Sequence record: NC_019517.1
Reading direction: 5' to 3' (one strand)
DNA: 64,000 bases
Source: Escherichia phage FV3
Within the stretch, counting starts at the first letter, position 1. Every line of letters starts with the position of its first letter. Of this stretch, positions 17,001 to 24,879 are shown one piece after another. Made by a program: the position numbers and the translations under genes. The notes below the pieces were generated by a model. The model ran no database searches. It saw nothing but the letters and a program-made list of their open reading frames with translations, and was not told the origin of the DNA.

Positions 17001-19688
17001 TCTTGCCTGTCGATCAGCATATCCCGGTTGGTTAAACCACTGATTGCAAGAATAGTCCCGCATATAGTCATAATCAGAGTATTTGTTTGCATCCTCGTTC
17101 CAACACAAGTTCAGGTTGGTGCCGCCCATGCACACAATATATTCTTCAACGTATTTATCACTTCTGGTGGGAATACCTACGAACCATCTATTAACAGGTT
17201 CGTTCCAAGCAGTACGCTCATCCTTAACGCAGATTGCAATCCAGTCATGTGTCCCTGTTTTCTTGCACACATCGCGCTTCATACCGTAGTAGAATTCTTT
17301 AGTATTTGGCTCAGGTGCACTTATCAGGTAACTCCACGCCTGGTCTGCATATGTTCCGTTGGTGCGAGGGTCATGATCAAAGGCATACATGATGATTCTT
17401 TCCCCACCAAGATGTTCACCAAGGGTGACTTTGATGTTCACATCTCCGTAACCGTTGCGAACAACATCCATATTATCAATAGAAATGCCTCTAGGAGTGT
17501 AGGCAATTTTCAGTGAGTTATCCTCACTAGTGCCACCAAGGGTGATCCCAATATTGTTTGTCGTCCCGTCAGCATATCTTACTGTGGCTTCCCAGCGTAT
17601 TCCGAAATATCCTACGTCATGGCTGACAATTTTTAATGTACGAGCACCAGAGTTAGGTTTTCCAGGATCAGGCCAAGGGTTTGGGTGTTCGTGAACAGTC
17701 AACGATGTCCCGTTTTGTTCGTTGACCTGCAACATTTTACCACCCCTTCCGTTTGGGTTGAACTCCCATAGGGCCTGTGTCTGCACCAAGTTATCATAGG
17801 TATTCCGTCGCTGATTATAAATCTCTTGGGTAACATCATAAGTTACTGATCCAGCATCCATTCTATGGAGTCTGACCATATACGATGTATCCCCTTCTAC
17901 TGCAGGCTGGGCCGCATTTAGTCCAAAGTATACAGTGTCATTAACATGGAACTGTTTGTTTCTACCGACAGTATGCCATTTACCATCAGACGGATACGCC
18001 GGAACAATAGTGTTCCAGTTCAAAGTCCTTGTTGTGTGGGTCCTGCCTGTGCCATGTTTGTCATGATAGGTTATTTTTACAGAGTACAGGCCACGTCTGT
18101 TAACATTCCTGTTATACTGGGTAACAATAACTTCGTTGGCCCCACCGTGGTTCCAGTTAGTAGAGAATTGGTAATTTGCATCTGTAACAACCGTACCTGC
18201 AGCATTTACCAGTTCAATCTTGTCAATAATGAACGTAGCACCCTCTGGCTGAGGCTTTAATTTCATCTTGACCGTATCACCAATGTAAATATTGCTAACG
18301 CTGCTAACACCGTTAACGTCGAAAATATCATCAACACCCCAACTGTCTACTGGGACATTTTTATACCAATTCTCAGGGACCTCCGTGAACCCTTGGCTAT
18401 TAAGTCTGCCGCCAAACAGGTTATTAGATCCTGCAAAACTTCCCCTCGGGATGCCTGACCACCAAAGTTTGCCATTAACAACAGTAAAGGTTCCTAAAAA
18501 ACCTTCTCTGTGAATGCCTTGGAAATAAACACTTTCTGTCCAGCTAACTGGGAGGCGTTGCTCAACGTATTTGGCTGTGGCAAGAGCTTGATAGTGGATA
18601 AAATTGGCCCTAGGGCTATTGTTTGCAGATTGTGCGCCAATATCATTGCAAAGGTTGCGAGAGAATCCACGGTACTGCTTAGTACCATTGTTGAAGAAAA
18701 TGCCACTTGTGCCGTACCCACGAGCCATTATTACCTCATGGGTGTAGGTGATATTCAAGGCACGCCATGTATCATCTCCCCAAACATCTTGCCCGTAGAA
18801 TACGTTAACAAGTTGCTGGTCATCAGGTCTGTGCATTCTTTGTGTTACAACCACTGCCCCGTTCGGACCGCACATGAACCCTTTCCACTCCTCATCTGTA
18901 GGAATGCCCCTCAAATCGTCACGGGTAATCTGAGCAGGGGGCCAAACGAGAGTGTTTCTACTATTGTTTCTCAGAAAGTCATATCCAGCAATCCAGAAAC
19001 CTCTAGGACCACCGAAAATAACAGAGTTATCATGCACCTCACAGTTAATGCTTGGGTTTTTCCAAGGACCTGTTTCAGGATTTTCCGATGTTTCACCAAT
19101 CTTTACAGGGGTTGCATGCTGGTTTTTATCCACATGCAAAGATCCGTAGGTGTTGTTACCAGATCCGTACAGGTGTAAAATGCCAGTGCCTTCTGCCTCT
19201 GCCATAACCCAGACGGTGTTGTTAATACCACCCATCACCTCAACAAGGCGCTCTGGGTGGGTGTCAAGGTGCAATCCTTTAACGATTTGTTCAGGAAGAG
19301 GTGTCCACTCCCTTACACAAACATCATTACCGCCTGCAGCATCAGACCCAATAAGCCCTGCAGTACAGCCGATGTAGAAAAACTGATTATCAAAAGTTCG
19401 GATCACAAACGCACGGTCTGCTCTCCACACATGATCAACGTTCCAGGCAGCCTCATTAGGGTAGTTTATCGTGTCAAGATCCCCAGTCCTACACTCCCCG
19501 AACCTGTTGTACCCTGTGATATTAAGCTGACCATTGTCAAAAAGTATAGCTAAGCTATTTACATAGGCTACTGTAGTGCTTGTACCGTCACTGTTGTCTA
19601 TTGGGTATGACAGAACAGCAAGTTCCTTAACTCCACCCCTCTTATCGAGGAAATGACGACCAAGTTTTAGCAAAGGGATTGGAAGCAT
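14055..19688 (-). CDS. Giant tail-associated protein (1877 aa) with RCC1-like repeats and a Big_2 Ig-like domain; putative receptor-binding protein or depolymerase
   Basis: N-terminal YGSGNNTYGSLH-type repeats; C-terminal Big_2-like segment SSNTNIATVDATTGLVTFKAPGNVTITFVATDDAGRK; distal gene of the late operon. Confidence 0.55.
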   Translation of the reverse strand: MLPIPLLKLGRHFLDKRGGVKELAVLSYPIDNSDGTSTTVAYVNSLAILFDNGQLNITGYNRFGECRTGDLDTINYPNEAAWNVDHVWRADRAFVIRTFDNQFFYIGCTAGLIGSDAAGGNDVCVREWTPLPEQIVKGLHLDTHPERLVEVMGGINNTVWVMAEAEGTGILHLYGSGNNTYGSLHVDKNQHATPVKIGETSENPETGPWKNPSINCEVHDNSVIFGGPRGFWIAGYDFLRNNSRNTLVWPPAQITRDDLRGIPTDEEWKGFMCGPNGAVVVTQRMHRPDDQQLVNVFYGQDVWGDDTWRALNITYTHEVIMARGYGTSGIFFNNGTKQYRGFSRNLCNDIGAQSANNSPRANFIHYQALATAKYVEQRLPVSWTESVYFQGIHREGFLGTFTVVNGKLWWSGIPRGSFAGSNNLFGGRLNSQGFTEVPENWYKNVPVDSWGVDDIFDVNGVSSVSNIYIGDTVKMKLKPQPEGATFIIDKIELVNAAGTVVTDANYQFSTNWNHGGANEVIVTQYNRNVNRRGLYSVKITYHDKHGTGRTHTTRTLNWNTIVPAYPSDGKWHTVGRNKQFHVNDTVYFGLNAAQPAVEGDTSYMVRLHRMDAGSVTYDVTQEIYNQRRNTYDNLVQTQALWEFNPNGRGGKMLQVNEQNGTSLTVHEHPNPWPDPGKPNSGARTLKIVSHDVGYFGIRWEATVRYADGTTNNIGITLGGTSEDNSLKIAYTPRGISIDNMDVVRNGYGDVNIKVTLGEHLGGERIIMYAFDHDPRTNGTYADQAWSYLISAPEPNTKEFYYGMKRDVCKKTGTHDWIAICVKDERTAWNEPVNRWFVGIPTRSDKYVEEYIVCMGGTNLNLCWNEDANKYSDYDYMRDYSCNQWFNQPGYADRQARVNPAIFTDTHVFLLKQANEVQTFKNNYDPNKWFYNCSGAIFWGPGELPDSGSCFEAATYGSDYIMGQVKKYKMIPGPETLGNAVDPYINFAAIHANMDGGRYPFVVPLTWGYKRVVMIIKCDLIGKQVLAENGTSTHPFEVALHYQFADSPYAGDKRISDTDSKRCKKVLLGAGWWWYEFDLTDKFTDDTKTLTGIRLDLGENMHKSVCDGTYGDPTVYLKYVSLEHREEDVYGPKLRLFGSWIAKDRVGMGKKVRGFLIDAGTEDMLVNAVWPELPGTQWNNSAKSINWYNIHRAMWTTNCYLWRELNDQAFGFSNGRRMAIICWTTLQRCYDHDYEIGGRAWKDIRDRIIYNFADDNGGGAYNFGTSRLIHLNGSPAYKKEGYSGSMIEWGYVKDTRVLMGQQLAAAIGPNAVQSVKPAWFDIPIWSSGTPGTAAINPTTGDLEISWEDLKQVGGWDKTGYQVQWWRSDGSLAADEFVKDNFYTMSSAKAQQLFGQATPSTITMSMSCKDNRTGALGPRVAKVFSGIKWNLPVQSVSWKQIGDNKLLVTPACQFNATLNVDPAVAANSARASDFSVSNTAMADVRKIDTLNARITCKNTYGTFQIINNFTDVDSKVVRTASQTMQLGTLAYSALITEQSPTLQGGGVGKLITTPVWKPNEWVVFDLTVDFSSDNNWTWVRNCLSQLMGGPNSISDSHDSTDPSVFQVGKTHPETGAQLPDRKYALVCISNGKADVTFSGTHTYNGTYNFSKKYSLKAGNIVDEVGALYNPGNGIGIVGGKLQMQEPSITPSNVPGIRKTWESSNTNIATVDATTGLVTFKAPGNVTITFVATDDAGRKTSSTSFTVKQMTPQWRMWIGTATNGAYPNPAGTSGMKTFSTSKPMEYGSGPKVGQMVYFGAYIPEIIGLPRSQLQLLFGAGVDDLATFGYSDNIEAARSSGWVGFRMESGKEGRILGTASIGVMFPGDQQYRLEAYATFSR

Positions 19689-19736
19689 TGTGTTCTCCAG
19701 ATAAGAAAACCGCCCCGTCAGGAGCGGTCAGATATA

Positions 19737-21482
19737 TTAACGTTGTGCAATAACCACATCCACAATATCACCAACACCACAATATGTCAATTGTAGCAAG
19801 GTAACGCTGTTGGCTTTGTTGTTAATGACAGGGGTAGCCGACAGTATGGCATATTTATCGTGCAAAGTCACGTTGTGGCCTACAGCATCTTGAATGACAT
19901 AGATGATTGCAGTAAACGGGTAAGGTTTATCTTCAGCCGATGTTCCAGGCCATTGGCCTATTGTAAAATCCCCTTTCGCGTGGACAACATACATACTGGC
20001 CTGCCCGTTAGGTGTCCATGTCCCACTCGATGCGTCAACCTCCTCTAAATCAAAATCTACCTTCCCTGCGTGGAAAGTAGGGGCAGTAATAGTTTTACCA
20101 GCCTCAATTTCTTGAGAGGTGGTTATCTTACCACTAGAGTTAATGCCATTGCAGACAAAGTTGACATTAGAGAAGTCTGGCAGCCACCCAGTCACCGTGC
20201 CGGATATTTCAAGGTTGTGAAGATAAGTGGTTCCCGTACCTGCTGCGTTTAAACTAACATCTCCATTTACCTGCAAGTTGCGGGTAACGTTGCAGTTTTC
20301 AGAGTTTGCAGTTGTTGCAGTTAGAGTAGTGGTTGTCAGCTCGGTAATCGTACCTTTGTTGGCGGTAAGCCCTTCCCCTTCAAAAGTGGCACGCTCATTC
20401 ACCCTCAGAGTATTTAAAGATATGTTCTGGACAGATGCTGTGCCACGAATGACTATAGATCCGCCAACCTCTAAATCTCCATTGATCAGTGCATCTCCCG
20501 TGCTTTCAATATAGCTAGGGTAGATCATGGTGCCATCTACAGAGTAGGTTATCCCTGTAACGGTGCCTGTCACCTCAAGGTTCTTAACCCTGGTGGTCCC
20601 ATCAACCTGCAATGTCGGTTCGGTTGCTGCCTTCATGGAGTTACCACGAATGTACACGTAGTCAAAAAAGTTATTACCTAGACCATCAAAATGCACATCG
20701 TTGTTATTAGCCACTGGTTTCCCAGAAGTTATAGTGTCAGCTATAACTCTGTGGGTGACCACTTCATGAGGTTGCAGCTCTGTGCTTCTCCAGTCTGCAT
20801 GCTTAGGATCGCTCCACGCAAAAGTTAGTGTAGAAGTATTTGCAGTAAGGATTAGGTTCCTGAAGCGTGCAGTAGAATCCGCTCCATTAACAGGCCCGTG
20901 TAAGGTAAGGGTGCCACCAACTATAGTGTTAGCAAGTTCTGTAAGACCTTTTACCACCAAAGACCCTACAGTAACTTTCATCCCCTCCATGGCTTTAAAT
21001 ATGCTATCCACATAGTCAACAACAAACTCTGTGTTTGCTATAGACTCGGACTTATCGTCCATTGGAGGTGTAGGTACTCGCGGGTCACCTTCGAATCTTG
21101 GGCTGTTAAGTTTTGCGTAGTATTTTGCCATTACTGCAGAATCGGTATATAATCTCCAGTTCGGAGATTGTGAAGGATCTGCTGGCATCCTAACCGGGTT
21201 AGATTTTGATGCTGCTGGGGCGTACCACCACTGAGGGCCTGTATCCCCTTTAAACTCATACAACTGGTTAAAAACTGTTGTGGATGCACCATACGCCCAA
21301 GGGATTGGTGGCGTTTTAAAATAAAGGGTGTCAAGCATGGCTTTTCGTACCGTAGGGATGGTGGTCCCATCCTCTACGACAACTTCATCCACAGCGTTAC
21401 CGTTGACAATCAAGTGCAAACGTTCAGAATCAACAATTACTTGATCTACCGCCTGCTCGAAGCTTGTCATGTCTTGCGCCAT
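19737..21482 (-). CDS. Tail fibre / tailspike protein (581 aa)
   Basis: Repetitive beta-helix-like segments (NLEVTGTVTG, NLQVNGDVSL, NLEISGTVTG); position in fibre module. Confidence 0.5.
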   Translation of the reverse strand: MAQDMTSFEQAVDQVIVDSERLHLIVNGNAVDEVVVEDGTTIPTVRKAMLDTLYFKTPPIPWAYGASTTVFNQLYEFKGDTGPQWWYAPAASKSNPVRMPADPSQSPNWRLYTDSAVMAKYYAKLNSPRFEGDPRVPTPPMDDKSESIANTEFVVDYVDSIFKAMEGMKVTVGSLVVKGLTELANTIVGGTLTLHGPVNGADSTARFRNLILTANTSTLTFAWSDPKHADWRSTELQPHEVVTHRVIADTITSGKPVANNNDVHFDGLGNNFFDYVYIRGNSMKAATEPTLQVDGTTRVKNLEVTGTVTGITYSVDGTMIYPSYIESTGDALINGDLEVGGSIVIRGTASVQNISLNTLRVNERATFEGEGLTANKGTITELTTTTLTATTANSENCNVTRNLQVNGDVSLNAAGTGTTYLHNLEISGTVTGWLPDFSNVNFVCNGINSSGKITTSQEIEAGKTITAPTFHAGKVDFDLEEVDASSGTWTPNGQASMYVVHAKGDFTIGQWPGTSAEDKPYPFTAIIYVIQDAVGHNVTLHDKYAILSATPVINNKANSVTLLQLTYCGVGDIVDVVIAQR

Positions 21483-21491
21483 GATTTCTCC

Positions 21492-21758
21492 TTAAGCTTT
21501 TTGCTCTTCGTTTTTAACGTGGTCAGGGTGCTGGCAACCCCACCGGAGCGAGATGAATTTGCTAATAAGCTGGGGGCAGGCTACTGAAGGTGCGTATATC
21601 CACGCATACCATTCAGGAAGCGTATCATTGTACCCCATATGAATAAAAACCCCAGTCATCACTGCCATGCCTATGTTTGACCATAGCTTAGATTGGGACA
21701 CTTTTGTAGGGTCATCAGATGCTGCAACCAGTCCCCATAAAAACTGAGTTAATTTCAT
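21492..21758 (-). CDS. Small membrane protein (88 aa), holin candidate
   Basis: Two to three hydrophobic segments and a charged C-terminus (DHVKNEEQKA). Confidence 0.35.
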   Translation of the reverse strand: MKLTQFLWGLVAASDDPTKVSQSKLWSNIGMAVMTGVFIHMGYNDTLPEWYAWIYAPSVACPQLISKFISLRWGCQHPDHVKNEEQKA

Positions 21759-21767
21759 TTACCCTCT

Positions 21768-22814
21768 TTAAGCATAAGATATGGTGATCCATTGACCGTT
21801 TACAAATTTTTGAATAGCTCCAGTCCAATAGTCGCCCTGATACGGGTGTTTATAGGCGTAATTGCCGGAGCACATTACATGCCCAGGGTATACTCTTGAT
21901 TCTCTGTAGGTGGTTCTGAAACGGTTTGCTATCCTTACATCTTCAACACCCCTACTAGGCATAGGAATAGTAAGGTTACCACTACTGTCTGCGCTACTAC
22001 CATTTACCCTGCGGACCACGTTTCTTCCACCAACTGTTGCATATTGACCCCTGGCGGTTTTATCGTTACAATCTACTCTTCCGCCTATTTGAGCGCTGCC
22101 GCAGGATTGTTGTCCATTAACAGTGGCTCTAGGTATCGTTACCGCATTAGCATTTGCAGAGGAGCTTTTTGCATCATTGCATTCAAGATTTCCTTGGATA
22201 GCCAGTCTTGCACGGTTGGCAGTTATAGCATTGAGCTTCATAGCCGAAAACACAGGCTGCCCACCAGAAGGTTGAAATCTCCAACGGAAACCGTCTATTT
22301 GGTGAGAAGGATCATCAAGGTCTGTGCCGTCAGCGCCACCGATGTTGTCCATAATCCAGAAATCCATCATCGTCTTGTCTGGAGTTATGGTGGTGTATAT
22401 AGCCGCATTGTCTGTTGACGAAGATGCAAACTCGATCCTTTGAAGACCTAAAGTTTGAGTCTGGATCATTGTGTCTCCAGCCTTGTCAACATAAAGGTCA
22501 TCCATTTCTTCAGGTGAGTATACATTGAGAACTTGACGTGCAGCAGCTTTGTCTGGAACGTCTGCCAGATTATTAGTGACCCTTAAGAATCTATTATCCC
22601 ATCCAGGGACAACATCTTCTGTTAAATGCTTTAGCCACGCAGAGAGCATGTGGAGTTCAAAGTTAACAACTTCACATGCTATCCTTTGTGTCATATCCCA
22701 ACCTTTCAATCTCTCTTCTTTGTTCGGTTGAGATTTGTTCAACTCTCCTGTATTTTCAAGCACAACATCCTGGTTGGCCCAAATATCAAGAGGGATAACT
22801 GGTTTAGTCATCAC
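21768..22814 (-). CDS. Tail fibre protein, paralog B (P2 gpH-like C-terminus)
   Basis: GDTMIQ segment; C-terminal KFVNGQWITISYA resembles P2 gpH KYINGTWYNVAQV; roughly 35-40 percent identical by eye to 23827-24867. Confidence 0.6.
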   Translation of the reverse strand: MMTKPVIPLDIWANQDVVLENTGELNKSQPNKEERLKGWDMTQRIACEVVNFELHMLSAWLKHLTEDVVPGWDNRFLRVTNNLADVPDKAAARQVLNVYSPEEMDDLYVDKAGDTMIQTQTLGLQRIEFASSSTDNAAIYTTITPDKTMMDFWIMDNIGGADGTDLDDPSHQIDGFRWRFQPSGGQPVFSAMKLNAITANRARLAIQGNLECNDAKSSSANANAVTIPRATVNGQQSCGSAQIGGRVDCNDKTARGQYATVGGRNVVRRVNGSSADSSGNLTIPMPSRGVEDVRIANRFRTTYRESRVYPGHVMCSGNYAYKHPYQGDYWTGAIQKFVNGQWITISYA

Positions 22815-22901
22815 GTTCTCCTGAGAAAATTCCTTAAGGACTATTTTAACACTTTAGAGAACAAAATGCAAGAACGGCATCCTTGCCGTTCTGACCTTTG
22901 T

Positions 22902-23216
22902 TTACCTTTTACTATGCTCTACAAGCATGTGTAAAATCTTTTGCACATCGGCTCTGATACCGGAGACATCTGTCCTGACATCTTGCTTAAGGTCGTTAAT
23001 ATCGGCCTCTAGCTTACTTAACCGGGTCTCGATAATGGAATCAAGTCTATCTTTTGTAACCATGCTATTTTTCACTAAAATGAGGTCTTTCTCCAGCTCA
23101 TCCAGCCTCTTGGAAATGCCTTTCCATTTGGTGTGCCACTGGTTGAAAGCCCATACACAGATCGGGACAACGGTACCCATGCAGATACCGTACAATGCCG
23201 CCAAATCCAACTCCAC
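22902..23216 (-). CDS. Small N-terminal-TM, coiled-coil protein (104 aa)
   Basis: Hydrophobic N-terminus LAALYGICMGTVVPICVWAF followed by a charged heptad-rich region. Confidence 0.4.
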   Translation of the reverse strand: MELDLAALYGICMGTVVPICVWAFNQWHTKWKGISKRLDELEKDLILVKNSMVTKDRLDSIIETRLSKLEADINDLKQDVRTDVSGIRADVQKILHMLVEHSKR

Positions 23217-23227
23217 AACACCTCCTC

Positions 23228-23812
23228 TTAGAGGGTAGGTCGTTCCGGGAAGAAAATGTCAGGGGCTTTAGATGTATCTATTTCAAGAAGTTTTACCCTG
23301 TACATTTTCAAATCTCTGATGTTGCGTTTTTGGTCATCAGTAAGATCGTATTCAAGGTCAATCATGTCTTGATAGGCACCAATTCTAGCAGTAGCCCAAG
23401 CAAGTTCTGTCTCTATGACACCCTCTGCCTGTTGAACAAAGAATTCATTGTCTGTGACAAATTCATCACCAACTAAACGCAAAGCGTCGTGGTGGAGCAT
23501 AATGTTTTCTGGTACCTCTTCTTTTTTGGCGATAACCACACGAAGACCTGGAGCAGGCCACAAGGCATCAGGTTCTTCTGTAGATGTCTTAAGAATACCC
23601 TTCTCGTCAACAAGTAGGAAGATACAGCCTGGATTTTCTTGTCGCAGTGTTCGTGATTGCACATACCAATCGCCATCATCATTACGTAAAAAATATCCAG
23701 TGTATGCTGTGTAATCCTCAACCTCCTGAGGAGTCAGCTCCTTGGTCTCCTTGTTGGTGTAGTATTCGCCAGATCCCGGCTGGTAAAGCTTAAACTCTTG
23801 AAGTATTTTCAT
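23228..23812 (-). CDS. Putative tail fibre assembly protein (chaperone)
   Basis: 194 aa, directly downstream of a gpH-like fibre gene as for P2 gpG; assignment mainly by synteny. Confidence 0.4.
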   Translation of the reverse strand: MKILQEFKLYQPGSGEYYTNKETKELTPQEVEDYTAYTGYFLRNDDGDWYVQSRTLRQENPGCIFLLVDEKGILKTSTEEPDALWPAPGLRVVIAKKEEVPENIMLHHDALRLVGDEFVTDNEFFVQQAEGVIETELAWATARIGAYQDMIDLEYDLTDDQKRNIRDLKMYRVKLLEIDTSKAPDIFFPERPTL

Positions 23813-23826
23813 GCTAGTCCTCCGAT

Positions 23827-24867
23827 CTACGCATAATTAACAGTGATCCATTGACCGTTTACAAGTTTCTGTAAAGGCCCTGCCCAGTAGGTTGAACCAC
23901 GCATCTCTTTTTTATCACCAAAATGCCAACCTGTGACAACATAGCCGTTGCGAACTGGAGATTCAGAAACACCATCAACAAGTCTTGCGCCGATTCTGAT
24001 ATCCTGTACACCTGTCTGTGGGATGGTGATCGTTACATCTCCGTTGCCGTTAGCCGTAACTCCATTCACAGAGCGAACCACATTTCTGTTACCGACAACA
24101 CAATGCTGGCTTCTTACAACCATACTGTCACAACTTGCACCGCCATTGACATATACTGACCCAGCCGTCAGCTGACTGGCTACATTGCAGTTGGTGAATG
24201 TTGCTGTGCTGCTAATGGTGAGGTTATTACACCGCATGTTATCAACAACTTCAACATTGCCCACCACTTTCAACAACGCACGATTAGCCGTGATTGCGTT
24301 CAGATACATCAGAGTGAACTCTGGATTAATGTCCGGCTGAGTTGGCTGGAATCTCCAACGGAACGCATCTACTGTAGATGTGCCACCATCATCGAACGCC
24401 CCAATATTATCACTTAACCCAAAGTCAAGGGTTGTCTTATCTGGGCCGATAGTTGTCTCTATCCAAGCCTTATCTGTCTCGGCAGCTTTAAAGTTGATAC
24501 GTTGCAAACCCAACGGGCCTGTCATTGTATCACCTGTAACTTTTACATACCTGGCGTCTGCCTCTTCCTTAGTAATAATCCCAAGGTTTCTACGGGCAAC
24601 AGGGATGTTCAAAAGATCGCTCAGGTTATTATCACGTACCAGATAACGGCCTTCTTGAGCGGGGATCTGCTCGTCAGCAATGTATTTTGCCCAAGTCCCG
24701 AGCATATTGAAAATATAGTTAAGTTCTTCACAGGATGGCTTTTGACCAAGATCCCAACCTTTTCTCCACAAATCATCAATCGGGCGTAGCCTGTTCTGTC
24801 TGTGGGTGTTAGGCAGAACCTGATCCTCCTCTGCCCAAATCTCTAATGGAAAACTAGGTTTTGACAT
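23827..24867 (-). CDS. Tail fibre protein, paralog A (P2 gpH-like C-terminus)
   Basis: GDTMTGPL motif; C-terminal KLVNGQWITVNYA. Confidence 0.6.
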   Translation of the reverse strand: MSKPSFPLEIWAEEDQVLPNTHRQNRLRPIDDLWRKGWDLGQKPSCEELNYIFNMLGTWAKYIADEQIPAQEGRYLVRDNNLSDLLNIPVARRNLGIITKEEADARYVKVTGDTMTGPLGLQRINFKAAETDKAWIETTIGPDKTTLDFGLSDNIGAFDDGGTSTVDAFRWRFQPTQPDINPEFTLMYLNAITANRALLKVVGNVEVVDNMRCNNLTISSTATFTNCNVASQLTAGSVYVNGGASCDSMVVRSQHCVVGNRNVVRSVNGVTANGNGDVTITIPQTGVQDIRIGARLVDGVSESPVRNGYVVTGWHFGDKKEMRGSTYWAGPLQKLVNGQWITVNYA

Positions 24868-24879
24868 TTTATCTCCTGA

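Noticed and set aside
16971-17516. Plus-strand ORFs antisense to large late genes (for example 16971-17516, 40023-40706, 44588-45223, 49971-50414)
   Set aside because: Entirely embedded antisense in long minus-strand genes with tight operon structure, low-complexity translations and no RBS; treated as spurious.
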